Positions 30,958 through 38,509 of a DNA stretch of 38,509 nt are shown here, piece after piece. The first letter of the stretch is position 1. Each line of letters starts with the position of its first letter. The stretch covers positions 1 to 38,509 of IMG/VR virus record IMGVR_UViG_3300012352_000396. One strand, 5' to 3'. The position numbers and the translations under genes are program-made. The notes beneath the pieces are model-generated. The model was given only the letters and a program-made list of their open reading frames with translations. It was not told the DNA's origin and did no database searches. The stretch is from a virus.

Positions 30958-32133
30958 TTAGATGTTGCCGTAGATAGCAGCAGTAGGCTGATATTGCAAC
31001 AATGCAGTACGTGCTTCACACCTAAATGTTACGAGATTCTGTTGGAAATCTGTACCATTGTAAGGAGTTGAAGAAACGTTGATTCCGGATTGTTGTGCAA
31101 TTGCATACTTAGACAAGTCGATGATATACATCTTACCGGCAGTTACCTGAGAGTGAGGAACAACTGGAACACCAGCAATCCTTACAATACCATTGTTGTC
31201 AATAGTGGTAGCACCTGGAAGAGAGTAATCAGTACCCTTAGTCTTCATCAAAGAAGCCCAACCTGCATGGGTAATCAAAGAGATACCGGCAGTCCAGTTC
31301 AAAGTCTGAAGTTGAGCAACGTAGTCGATGAACTTCTCTGCGGTGTTAGCACCAGAAGAAACACCGGCAGTAGCCGCAGAAGCAATAGCGTTGAGAATCT
31401 CAACGTTCTCTCTTTGTTGGAAGTCTTCAATAAGTGAATTCTGAAGATATGATTGCAAGAAGAAAAGGTCATCAAGCATCTGACGAGATACCTTAACCCA
31501 TCCTGCAAGGTATTGCAAAGGATTGTTAATCATCTCGATGTCATAATCCAACTGAGCCTTATCAGTGGCCTCCAAGGTCTGACGACCAAACGAGCCTTCA
31601 CCTGTGGGGGTCTTAGCACGTGGAAACGTTACTGATCCACCTTGCACCGGAACAACATTGATGAGAGAACGCAAGTGAGGATTCACAAACGACCTCATAA
31701 ATGAGTTGTCAAGATAGCTGATGTAAGCAGTACCAGTAAGGTTGTTGGCAAGAGTCATCGTACCAACTGCTTTCAGGTCTATGCTATGGCTGAAATCTCT
31801 TCCACCCTGACGACCTGCTTCCTTAACAATCAACTCGTGATTCTGAGCAATAGCATCGGCAATACCAGACTTGATTTCGGTAATCATAGCACCATAAGTG
31901 CTTGTTACTTTCTCTTCGTTCTTAGAAGAAATCTTACCGAAAGCAGCCTTCATTTTACCGAACTCATCCATAGCCTCTCCAAGAGTTTTGTTACTCTTTT
32001 CCATAGACTCGTTGAGTTTAGAAACCTTATCTTCGAATTGCTTTGCAGCCTTTTCGTTTTCTGCTGCGAGTGCAGCTTTCTGCTCGTTCATTTTATGTTC
32101 CAGAGCAGATTGGAACTCTTTCAAATTTTCCAT
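30958..32133 (-). CDS. Major capsid protein, HK97 fold, with N-terminal coiled-coil delta (scaffold) domain
   Basis: 391 aa. The first ~100 aa are K/E/A-rich helix. Follows an S78-type protease, the canonical HK97 arrangement. Confidence 0.85.
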   Translation of the reverse strand: MENLKEFQSALEHKMNEQKAALAAENEKAAKQFEDKVSKLNESMEKSNKTLGEAMDEFGKMKAAFGKISSKNEEKVTSTYGAMITEIKSGIADAIAQNHELIVKEAGRQGGRDFSHSIDLKAVGTMTLANNLTGTAYISYLDNSFMRSFVNPHLRSLINVVPVQGGSVTFPRAKTPTGEGSFGRQTLEATDKAQLDYDIEMINNPLQYLAGWVKVSRQMLDDLFFLQSYLQNSLIEDFQQRENVEILNAIASAATAGVSSGANTAEKFIDYVAQLQTLNWTAGISLITHAGWASLMKTKGTDYSLPGATTIDNNGIVRIAGVPVVPHSQVTAGKMYIIDLSKYAIAQQSGINVSSTPYNGTDFQQNLVTFRCEARTALLQYQPTAAIYGNI

Positions 32134-32142
32134 TTTGTTGAT

Positions 32143-32838
32143 TTAAAAACTGTTGAGAATAGATATCAAACTTTTCTCAAGCATTTCGTCAACCTTTGGC
32201 TGCTCTGGCTCTTTAACAGATGCCTTTGTGCTACTTAGCTCCTCTACTGCTTGTGCTAATTGTCTAACCTTGATTAAACACAAATCGATAGTGTGGTCAC
32301 TTGCATCGGTATTGCGTATAAACTTTTCAAATTTACGAATTTCTTCTTTCAATTCATCAATATCCTTTTCACCCTTGAACCCAAGGAAAGGTGTAACCTC
32401 ATTTGCACCCCATGCAGTCAATGAAGACCCCTCAAACAACTTCACATCCTTAATCTCATTACCACCTTGACCCTTTTGCTCATTGAGGATATTAAAGCCA
32501 ATAGAATGCTCACTAATGATTCCTGCCTCTGCTAACTTAATGAAGTCCATACCATAACTCGTCTCTACAAGCTTCGACTCATAGTACAAACCAAAGTCAT
32601 CCTCTTTTAAAACTGTAATCCTTCCAAGTGGAAGATTAGGATTGTGATTCTGCAAATGCTTTATTCGCTCCTTACCATTCGGACCCCAATCTTGTATAGA
32701 CCTCTTAAAGGCTCCAGGCATCATTATGTCTCCATCACTATCTAAGTTACCAAAGGATGAGAAGTAACCACTAACAACTAAACTCTTCCTATCTACATCC
32801 TTCATCTCTATTTTCGATGCTTTATATCTATATAACAT
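32143..32838 (-). CDS. Prohead maturation protease (HK97 / S78 family)
   Basis: SGYFSSFGNLDSDGDIMMPGAFKRSI ... HN ... signature. Sits between the MuF-like and capsid genes. Confidence 0.8.
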   Translation of the reverse strand: MLYRYKASKIEMKDVDRKSLVVSGYFSSFGNLDSDGDIMMPGAFKRSIQDWGPNGKERIKHLQNHNPNLPLGRITVLKEDDFGLYYESKLVETSYGMDFIKLAEAGIISEHSIGFNILNEQKGQGGNEIKDVKLFEGSSLTAWGANEVTPFLGFKGEKDIDELKEEIRKFEKFIRNTDASDHTIDLCLIKVRQLAQAVEELSSTKASVKEPEQPKVDEMLEKSLISILNSF

Positions 32839-32848
32839 TTTTATGATT

Positions 32849-33715
32849 TTATCTTTTTTGAATAATATTATTATTGTTGTCTCTCCTTGGTATAAACGCT
32901 ACCGTGCATCTACAATTTATAGTAAACCCTATTGGCGTTTTAGGATCTCCTGGAATATCTGCAAGTATCATTCTACCAAACCTATCAATACTCGTAAAAG
33001 GCTCGTTCAATGGCTTCACCTGACCATCCATATTCCAATGGTCGAAGAAATCTTTTGGTACTCTCCTTGTCCTACTATCTCTTCTTGCTATCCACATCTT
33101 ATCTACCTCAAAAGTATGCTTTGTTGATGCCAAATATAAACCATAATTACTTGCCCTCATTACTTCGGTCTTAGCAATATTAGCACCTCTTCTTTTTAAT
33201 GACTCTAACTCTTTGTCTTTTAAAATTAGATCCGCTATCTCATACTTATCTTTACCATCCGTAATAAATGTAGTCACTAATAATGATAACCTCTTTTTAG
33301 TTGTATTCGTTATTAATGATGCAATCCAAAAGCCATAGTTTAAAAAGAAGTTCAATATCTCCTCTATGAAAGAACTATCCAACCCATACGGATCAGTTGA
33401 TTTAGTTGCCATGCTCCTCGTTGCCCTATATGATGCATTACCAAATATTGCACCACACTCACGATATAAATCCTTCAATATAACCAATAACTCATCGTTC
33501 CATAAATACGTTGCTAACCGGTTGTTTGCACCATCAGCACCATAAATCAATACATCCTTAACAAACGCCCTCACCTCGCTATCTAAGGCATCGTAGATGA
33601 GCATCCCATACTTTTTATTCAATCCCCTCCTCAAACGCTCAACTCTGATCCAGTAGTCGCTGCGCTGACTCACGCTCATCTTCAAGTCTCTTTTTGTAAG
33701 ACTGCCTTGCCTCAT
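32849..33715 (-). CDS. Head morphogenesis protein (SPP1 gp7 / Mu F family)
   Basis: W.ARRDSRTR...H..MDGQ...PF....PGDP....NCRCT motif set. Confidence 0.8.
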   Translation of the reverse strand: MRQGSLTKRDLKMSVSQRSDYWIRVERLRRGLNKKYGMLIYDALDSEVRAFVKDVLIYGADGANNRLATYLWNDELLVILKDLYRECGAIFGNASYRATRSMATKSTDPYGLDSSFIEEILNFFLNYGFWIASLITNTTKKRLSLLVTTFITDGKDKYEIADLILKDKELESLKRRGANIAKTEVMRASNYGLYLASTKHTFEVDKMWIARRDSRTRRVPKDFFDHWNMDGQVKPLNEPFTSIDRFGRMILADIPGDPKTPIGFTINCRCTVAFIPRRDNNNNIIQKR

Positions 33716-35181
33716 TCCTCATCATTTGTTCCGTTCGGCAAGTCCTCTCCGTCAGGATTTTCGGAAATCTCGTCATCACTATCTCCCATATCTCTTGGTC
33801 CGTTGTCGTTGCCGTTATCATTCGTTACGTTTAAATCCATTCCTGCAAACTCAATAGGTATCAATCCTTGATTCAAATAGCTTGTTGCCCACGGACCGCC
33901 CTTCTCATCATAGTTCATCGCAACACGCTTCTCATCCATTGTCAACCAGTTAGCATCACGAAGAGAACGAACCATCCTCTCCATGTCTTGCTGCATCTCC
34001 GGTAACGCAGTTATATCAAAATCAATAAACAAATCTTCACCATACCTTGGTAATAACCAATGATTCAACTCATCCCTCAAATTAGCACACATTGGAACAA
34101 TAGTGTTAGTCACCAAGTCCCTCATCGCATTCTGATAATTATTGTAAGATGACGTATCCGTATCAAATATCACCGCAGGTAAACCAAACACCCTACACCA
34201 TTGCTGCAAACTCACCTGCATAGCCTTCACTAACTCCATATCAACACTCGACAACCCGAAGTTCATATACTCCCAAGGCGTTTGCAACACCGCAACCCTA
34301 CCCTTATTGTCAGTACCATTAATCCTTGAATTCACAGTACCCTGGATGTCATTGGCTTGAATCTCCGTTGGCTGCGTAAATATACCCCCTTGCAAAACCT
34401 TTGGTACAATAGCACCCTTTGCGCCTCCATTGGCAGCCATAGTGGCACTCGCATCATAAGCATTGTTACTCATGCGCAAAGTCTTATAAGCACTCATAAC
34501 CGGACTAACGCCCCTCATGTGCGCCCTTGTAGTCTCGTTGAAGTCAGGATTCCATCCCTTCCACATCAAAACGTTATCCTTTGGCAAATCCTTACCCTTA
34601 CTAATCTCTAACCTATAACCAAGCACACCATACAAATCGTTCGGATCAGCATAAATCTGCAAGAACTGCGTTGGCAACACATTCAACTCCATAAACTTGC
34701 CACCCATATTACCATCATTGCCATATATGCTACCCTCCCCGCTCAAGAATCTATAACCAAACAAGTTCTCCAAAAAAGCATCCTGCGCCTGATATTGGTT
34801 AGGTCTATCAAGTAACTTAGCAAGTGGCGTGTCCATAACTATATTCTCACGATAGGCATTCTTCCTTAACATCATTGCCTTATCGTAATTATTGATACCA
34901 CCCCTTAAATTCGTTAGCTTCTTATATTCATACAATGACTTCTCCGCTCCCTCACCCTTCTCCAACCTATAAACATACCAAGGTATGCTACTCGCCTTCC
35001 TCGCAAGAAACTGGACAATCGCAAACACATCTGCATTCCCCAAATAACCATCCCTAACGTAGTCTATATCATTCTTAGATTGTAAAGTCGCACCATTAAC
35101 CCTCCTTAACAAACTATCGGTATCTATATTAGGGTTTAAACCCTTCTTCCTATCTCCTAAGAAAAAATCAAATAATCCCAT
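33712..35181 (-). CDS. Portal protein
   Basis: ~490 aa between TerL and the MuF-like gene, with an acidic C-terminal tail. The start is ambiguous (ATG 35181 or GTG 35202). Confidence 0.8.
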   Translation of the reverse strand: MGLFDFFLGDRKKGLNPNIDTDSLLRRVNGATLQSKNDIDYVRDGYLGNADVFAIVQFLARKASSIPWYVYRLEKGEGAEKSLYEYKKLTNLRGGINNYDKAMMLRKNAYRENIVMDTPLAKLLDRPNQYQAQDAFLENLFGYRFLSGEGSIYGNDGNMGGKFMELNVLPTQFLQIYADPNDLYGVLGYRLEISKGKDLPKDNVLMWKGWNPDFNETTRAHMRGVSPVMSAYKTLRMSNNAYDASATMAANGGAKGAIVPKVLQGGIFTQPTEIQANDIQGTVNSRINGTDNKGRVAVLQTPWEYMNFGLSSVDMELVKAMQVSLQQWCRVFGLPAVIFDTDTSSYNNYQNAMRDLVTNTIVPMCANLRDELNHWLLPRYGEDLFIDFDITALPEMQQDMERMVRSLRDANWLTMDEKRVAMNYDEKGGPWATSYLNQGLIPIEFAGMDLNVTNDNGNDNGPRDMGDSDDEISENPDGEDLPNGTNDEE

Positions 35182-35186
35182 CTCTT

Positions 35187-36332
35187 TTAAATTGCTCCCC
35201 ACGTTATCGTAGGAATGGTTAATTTACTAAACACCGCATACCTCATCGCATCACAAGCATGGTCATTGAACTTAGTAGGCTCGTCAAGCTTCATCCCATT
35301 CCTATCCGTCTTCCACCTATAAGACCTCAATTCCTTTAACAAATTTATCGAATCTTGATGAATAACTAATGGATTACCTTTTATTGTTCTAATCCCCTCA
35401 GTTACATCCTTATTAGCACCCTTAGCATTGAACCCCCTCCTCGTTAACTCTTGTATCGTCTTCGGTTCTGCGGCATCACAAAAGAACTCATCATTACCAC
35501 CCAATCCCAAAGCAACCAACTTGTCAACCAAATCATTAGTAGTTAGCCTCGTCTCGTATAAAATCTCCTCAACATAAATCACCCCATCGTGAAACACCAC
35601 CTTAACAACCGCACTTGGATTGTTAAAACCAAAATCCACCCCATACACAACCTCACCACCACTTGGCATCTCACTCGTAGTCCTATAATGGCTATAAATC
35701 AAATCTTGATTCAATCCCCTTTCCCCTAATCCATAAATCTGCCAGAAATTAGGATCAGCCTCCCTTAACCTCTCCAACTCACTAACCAACTCCTTGGGGA
35801 GGAAGGGATTGTCCCTAAACGTTGTAATAAAGAAATCTGCATCATCCCTTGGGATAACATGGTCATATATGTACGAACTTATATCCGAAGGATTATAATC
35901 TATCACAGTCTTACCCTCCGTCCTCATAATTAACTGCATCCACACTTCATACGACAACTCATTAGCCTCATTACAAAACAAATAATCCCTTCTCCTACCC
36001 CTTATCTTCTGAGGTTGGTCTGCACTAACAAACTCTATCACATTCCCATTCAACGAGTATATCTGATCCGTCTTATTATGGTTATCCTCACTATAAATGT
36101 TCATCTTAGTAAGAATATCTATAAAGTCCCTTAAAACCGTACCCTTAATGCTTGGAAGCGACTGCCTTACAATAGTCAAAGTCTTATCCTTCTCCTGCAA
36201 TAACTTCACAATAAACCAAATAAGGATATTATACGTCTTACCGGATCTTGAACCGCCCTGCATCACAGTTATCCTCTTATCACTATCAGCCAGTATATCA
36301 TAAACCTTATTGGTCTGTAAAGTCACTTCCAT
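35187..36332 (-). CDS. terL: Terminase large subunit
   Basis: Walker A GGSRSGKT near the N-terminus and C-terminal nuclease region (DFGF...D...D). ATG at 36332 is preferred over the GTG at 36383. Confidence 0.85.
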   Translation of the reverse strand: MEVTLQTNKVYDILADSDKRITVMQGGSRSGKTYNILIWFIVKLLQEKDKTLTIVRQSLPSIKGTVLRDFIDILTKMNIYSEDNHNKTDQIYSLNGNVIEFVSADQPQKIRGRRRDYLFCNEANELSYEVWMQLIMRTEGKTVIDYNPSDISSYIYDHVIPRDDADFFITTFRDNPFLPKELVSELERLREADPNFWQIYGLGERGLNQDLIYSHYRTTSEMPSGGEVVYGVDFGFNNPSAVVKVVFHDGVIYVEEILYETRLTTNDLVDKLVALGLGGNDEFFCDAAEPKTIQELTRRGFNAKGANKDVTEGIRTIKGNPLVIHQDSINLLKELRSYRWKTDRNGMKLDEPTKFNDHACDAMRYAVFSKLTIPTITWGAI

Positions 36333-36411
36333 TTTATAGAAAAAATTAAATTTTAAACCAATATTAACAAAGCAAAAGTACACATAAAAAAGGGGGTCAT
36401 CGTATACAACA

Positions 36412-36732
36412 TTAATTCAACGACTTCTCTACCTCATCCTTATTCACCTTTATCACCTCCACATTAACCTGATTCAAATTACCCTCAATCTTATTCTCTA
36501 TCTTCTGAGTAGGCAAACCAATGAAGTACTGCATAAACAACTGGATAGCCTTCATATCACCCTCCTTAATCTTCTGCTGCAACACATTGAACGCTATATC
36601 CTCCATTGGAGTCAACTTCTCTATAATCTCATACTCTTCCATCCTCCTCTTCCTACCTGCTCCTACCCTATATCCTCCCCTTTTACCTACTTCACTCTCT
36701 CTTTGTGGCTTATCATTACTATTCTGTTCCAT
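36412..36732 (-). CDS. terS: Probable terminase small subunit / DNA-binding packaging protein
   Basis: 106 aa, basic N-terminus (GKRGGYRVGAGRKRR). Sits immediately upstream of terL as the first gene of the leftward operon. Confidence 0.5.
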   Translation of the reverse strand: MEQNSNDKPQRESEVGKRGGYRVGAGRKRRMEEYEIIEKLTPMEDIAFNVLQQKIKEGDMKAIQLFMQYFIGLPTQKIENKIEGNLNQVNVEVIKVNKDEVEKSLN

Positions 36733-37188
36733 ATTATATTGTTTGCGTATAGTTAGTTTTAGGTGCTACCAAACTTGGGAAGATAACCGGCCGGATCGAT
36801 TTTTCGATTCTTTAAAGTTCCCCCCTTTGTATTTTATACCTTATTTGTCCACCTATTTGTACAAATTTATGGCTTTTGCCTGATAACCACTATTATGTTA
36901 AATAGACAGTCTTATAGACAAACTTTATACTTATCCAGGTTTATATCACTTTTGTCTATATTTATATCGTTTATAGTTGTATCAATTTTGTTGATATCCT
37001 TTGTTTATTCAACGTGATTTGTCCGGTTTTTTAAACTACAGCTATACAGTATTACAATATCAACAAAATCTATAGCCTCCAGGTTTTTATCAATTTTTTT
37101 TATAATTATAATATTTCCGTAATATTTTTGTTTATATCAATTATAATACTTTACTTTGCTGTATTAATTAACCTTTTAACTATTTATT
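36733..37188. promoter_or_regulatory. Divergent control region with several inverted and direct repeats
   Basis: 10-bp IR TATAGACAAA/TTTGTCTATA (36914-36923 / 36951-36960). 13-bp IR ATTTTGTTGATAT/ATATCAACAAAAT (36985-36997 / 37047-37059). DR TCCAGGTTT(A/T)TATCA (36934, 37078). TAnnTTTG boxes at 37123-37130 (+) and 36862-36869 (-). Confidence 0.6.
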
Positions 37189-37365
37189 ATGAAAGCTTTT
37201 ATCTCATTACTTACTATTGTTTGTTTGTTTTTTGCTTGTATGCTTTGCGTATCTTATTTATTAATTAACCCCTTTACTGAGTTTTCTCATGCTATTGTTT
37301 GGCTTTTGTTTATTTTGTTTAGTGTTTTTTCCGTTTCTACTTTTGCTTTTTTAGAATTAATTTAA
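37189..37365 (+). CDS. Small membrane protein, 58 aa, two hydrophobic segments
   Basis: Hand-translated: MKAFISLLTIVCLFFACMLCVSYLLINPFTEFSHAIVWLLFILFSVFSVSTFAFLELI. Confidence 0.45.
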   Translation: MKAFISLLTIVCLFFACMLCVSYLLINPFTEFSHAIVWLLFILFSVFSVSTFAFLELI

Positions 37366-37392
37366 TTTATTTATTTATTTATTCATTCATTC
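37365..37392. repeat. Compound microsatellite (ATTT)4(ATTC)3
   Basis: Read directly. Lies between the small membrane ORF and the ATG at 37411. Confidence 0.9.
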
Positions 37393-37410
37393 ATTTTTTA
37401 ATTTTATTTT

Positions 37411-38154
37411 ATGTCTACAAATCATTTTGAAACAATTGTTACAATTTCTGAATTTAAGCCGGTTAAAAAATTATTGTCTGCCGGTGTAAGCAATGCCAAA
37501 TTAAGGAAATCCGAAATTCGCTCTTTCATCCTTTACTTAGCACCTGCATCTTTATCCGGAAAAAACGTTTGCCCTTATGCATCCACCGAATGTATAAAAT
37601 TATGTCTTAATACTGCCGGCATGGGCGTTTTTTCAAGCGTTCAACTTGCACGTATTAATAAGACTCTTTACATGATGAAAGACAGACAAGGTTTTTATGC
37701 TCAATTAGTAAAGGAAATTAGAAACGCCAATAAATTAGCCGCAAAGCAAGGTGAAAAGTTCGCAATCAGATTAAACGGAACGTCTGACCTTGACCATATC
37801 CAATTGATTAAGAATGTAACCGGTGTTGATGTCTTAACCGAATTTAAAAACATCATTTTTTATGATTATACCAAAGGGATAAACAGATTAAAAAAGTACT
37901 CAGGTACAAATTATGATTTGACTTTTAGCCGGTCTGAAACGAACGAAAATGATTGTATGGAAGCGTTAAAAATGGGCTTTAGGGTTGCTGTAGTTTTTAG
38001 CCATAAAAAACAATTACCTGATAATTTTTTAGGTCATAAAGTAATAAACGGGGATAATTCAGACTTCCGTCCGGCAGATGCAAAAAATGTGATAGTCGGC
38101 TTAACTGCAAAGGGCAAAGCAAAAAAAATCAAATCTGCTTTTGTCGTTTCTTAA
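37411..38154 (+). CDS. Conserved phage protein with Cys cluster, possibly Gp88-family; function unknown
   Basis: 247 aa. CPYASTECIKLCL...RLNGTSD pattern. The family assignment is from memory and is tentative. Confidence 0.7.
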   Translation: MSTNHFETIVTISEFKPVKKLLSAGVSNAKLRKSEIRSFILYLAPASLSGKNVCPYASTECIKLCLNTAGMGVFSSVQLARINKTLYMMKDRQGFYAQLVKEIRNANKLAAKQGEKFAIRLNGTSDLDHIQLIKNVTGVDVLTEFKNIIFYDYTKGINRLKKYSGTNYDLTFSRSETNENDCMEALKMGFRVAVVFSHKKQLPDNFLGHKVINGDNSDFRPADAKNVIVGLTAKGKAKKIKSAFVVS

Positions 38155-38174
38155 TCTTTCAAATCTGATTTTTT

Positions 38175-38202
38175 AACCGGCTTTTATAGCCGGTTTTTTT
38201 TT
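38175..38202 (+). terminator. Rho-independent terminator
   Basis: AACCGGCT-TTTAT-AGCCGGTT followed by T9. Confidence 0.8.
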
Positions 38203-38224
38203 GCCCATATGTAAGCCGGTTAAG

Positions 38225-38509
38225 GTCAGTTAATGGACGTTTAAACGCTATAGGTCAGTTAATGGACGTTTAAACGCTATAGGTCAGTTAATGGACGTTT
38301 AAACGCTATAGGTCAGTTAATGGACGTTTAAACGCTATAGGTCAGTTAATGGACGTTTAAACGCTATAGGTCAGTTAATGGACGTTTAAACGCTATAGGT
38401 CAGTTAATGGACGTTTAAACGCTATAGGTCAGTTAATGGACGTTTAAACGCTATAGGTCAGTTAATGGACGTTTAAACGCTATAGGTCAGTTAATGGACG
38501 TTTAAACGC
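38225..38509. repeat. 29-bp perfect tandem repeat, 9.8 copies, each with the 10-bp palindrome CGTTTAAACG
   Basis: 285 nt = 9 x 29 + 24, with no spacers and no variation between units. It continues into nt 1-54 across the window junction. Confidence 0.95.

Noticed and set aside
31786-32470. Plus-strand ORFs (150, 82, 105 aa) opposite the capsid and protease genes, and similar antisense ORFs inside the primase, fiber, TMP and portal genes
   Set aside because: All lie antisense to strongly supported genes. Their translations are hydrophobic or low-complexity and they lack start contexts, so they are typical shadow ORFs.
38225-38509. Possible CRISPR array (29-nt repeats)
   Set aside because: The units abut each other with no spacers and are identical head-to-tail copies. 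There are no cas genes, so this is a plain tandem repeat.

Overview
The window looks like a complete ~38.5 kb tailed dsDNA phage genome of siphovirus type. The first 53 nt are identical to the last 53 nt, which indicates a circularly closed or terminally redundant assembly. The host is probably a Bacteroidota member. That is an inference from TAnnTTTG-type promoter boxes, A/U-rich leaders without Shine-Dalgarno sequences, and the general character of the proteins.

Layout:
- 38203 through the junction to 345: a ~650 nt non-coding region packed with repeats. These are a 29-bp tandem array, a 32-bp direct repeat x2, and phased A-tract 23-mers.
- 346-1751 (+): a rightward early operon of five small ORFs. 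Four copies of a ~56-nt element separate them, and each copy parses completely as a type I hammerhead ribozyme.
- 1752-2305: a convergent junction with hairpins and AATCACGTACC iterons.
- 36732 down to 2306 (-): one long leftward gene train. In transcription order it encodes TerS, TerL, portal, MuF-like protein, prohead protease and HK97-type capsid protein. A glycosyltransferase and an FkbM-type methyltransferase are inserted in the head module. Next come connector/tail genes, the tail tube protein, G/G-T chaperones with an A9G slippery site, the tape measure protein, tip proteins and two tail fibers. The lysis genes follow (candidate u-spanin, M15 endolysin). The replication/early genes come last: an XRE regulator, SSB, a PD-(D/E)XK nuclease, a DnaA domain-IV-like protein, many small and zinc-ribbon ORFs, an SNF2/DEAD helicase, a C5 DNA methyltransferase, a VRR-NUC nuclease, an SNase-like nuclease and a prim-pol/SF3 helicase.
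- 36733-37188: a divergent control region rich in inverted repeats.
- 37189-38154 (+): a short rightward operon.

No integrase, tRNA, CRISPR array or transposable element could be supported.

The most notable observations are the hammerhead array and a C5-methyltransferase whose hallmark motifs are split between two long co-open reading frames. Next come the sugar-modifying enzyme pair inside the capsid module and the 29-mer palindrome-containing tandem array.
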